DNA of 64,000 nucleotides from NCBI RefSeq assembly GCF_053078305.1, contig NZ_CP166879.1; one strand, 5' to 3'. Shown piece by piece: positions 63,622 to 64,000 of this stretch (position 1 is its first letter; each line of letters starts with the position of its first letter). The notes under the pieces were generated by a model. It saw only the letters and a program-made list of their open reading frames with translations, ran no database searches and was not told where the DNA came from. The position numbers and the translations under genes were made by a program.

Positions 63622-64000
63622 TTATGAACTCCTTGTGAAATTATCAACTGCTGTTTTACGAACAACCCGTCGTTAATCCCCGACGGGTTAGAGTGTGATG
63701 CGGCTCACATCAGGAACCACACCCTTTTCTTTATTCGAGTTACAGGCACACGTAATTAGCACCTACTGAAAAACTCTTTTATGGTGTTTAAATATATTTT
63801 TAGTCAATTTCAGAACACGGTCACATAAGCTAAAAATATATCAACTTCAACAGCAGAATTATCCATAACGTATCTCCCCCCCATAAAAATCCACAGCCGC
63901 GTCAAAAACAAATTATTACGACACTTACTCCGCCATCGTTCCAGCACGCAATTAAGACATTCCTTAAAGGAATTCCTTATGATGTATTCCCAGCAATTAA

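Overview
Escherichia coli chromosomal segment covering the conserved proBA-phoE-crl-frsA-gpt-pepD-dinB-rayT-dinJ/yafQ-gmhA-fadE-ivy-yafV backbone (about 19.2-41.1 kb), flanked by two horizontally acquired blocks. Left block (1 to about 19.2 kb) is an island at the 3' end of tRNA-Thr (thrW). It carries the 5' 5.7 kb of a contact-dependent inhibition cdiA gene (continues past the window start), a cdiB gene split by a +1 frameshift, a translationally coupled DprA-like/PRTase gene pair next to a convergent SF2 helicase with a Cys/His-rich N-terminal domain (ShosTA-like domain content, candidate defence/toxin-antitoxin module), and a P4/CP4-57-like alpA-yfjI-yagK backbone with no integrase in the window. 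Right block (about 41.1-64 kb) is the effector-rich distal end of a type VI secretion cluster, all on the minus strand: hcp, two vgrG paralogs sharing about 1.5 kb, a large membrane-type effector with candidate adaptor, membrane immunity protein and PAAR, then a DUF2169-like protein, a degenerate ketosynthase-like protein, and two tandem DUF4150 (PAAR-like) effectors with different toxin domains (HExxH metallopeptidase, GHH nuclease) plus candidate immunity genes, ending at a nonsense-mutated ISAs1/H-repeat transposase. The core also shows deletion scars (rtcB/prfH, lafU/lfhA, no yafNO) and REP clusters around rayT. All calls rest on reading the six-frame translations and the DNA by eye; no database search was run. 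No rRNA or CRISPR array was seen.
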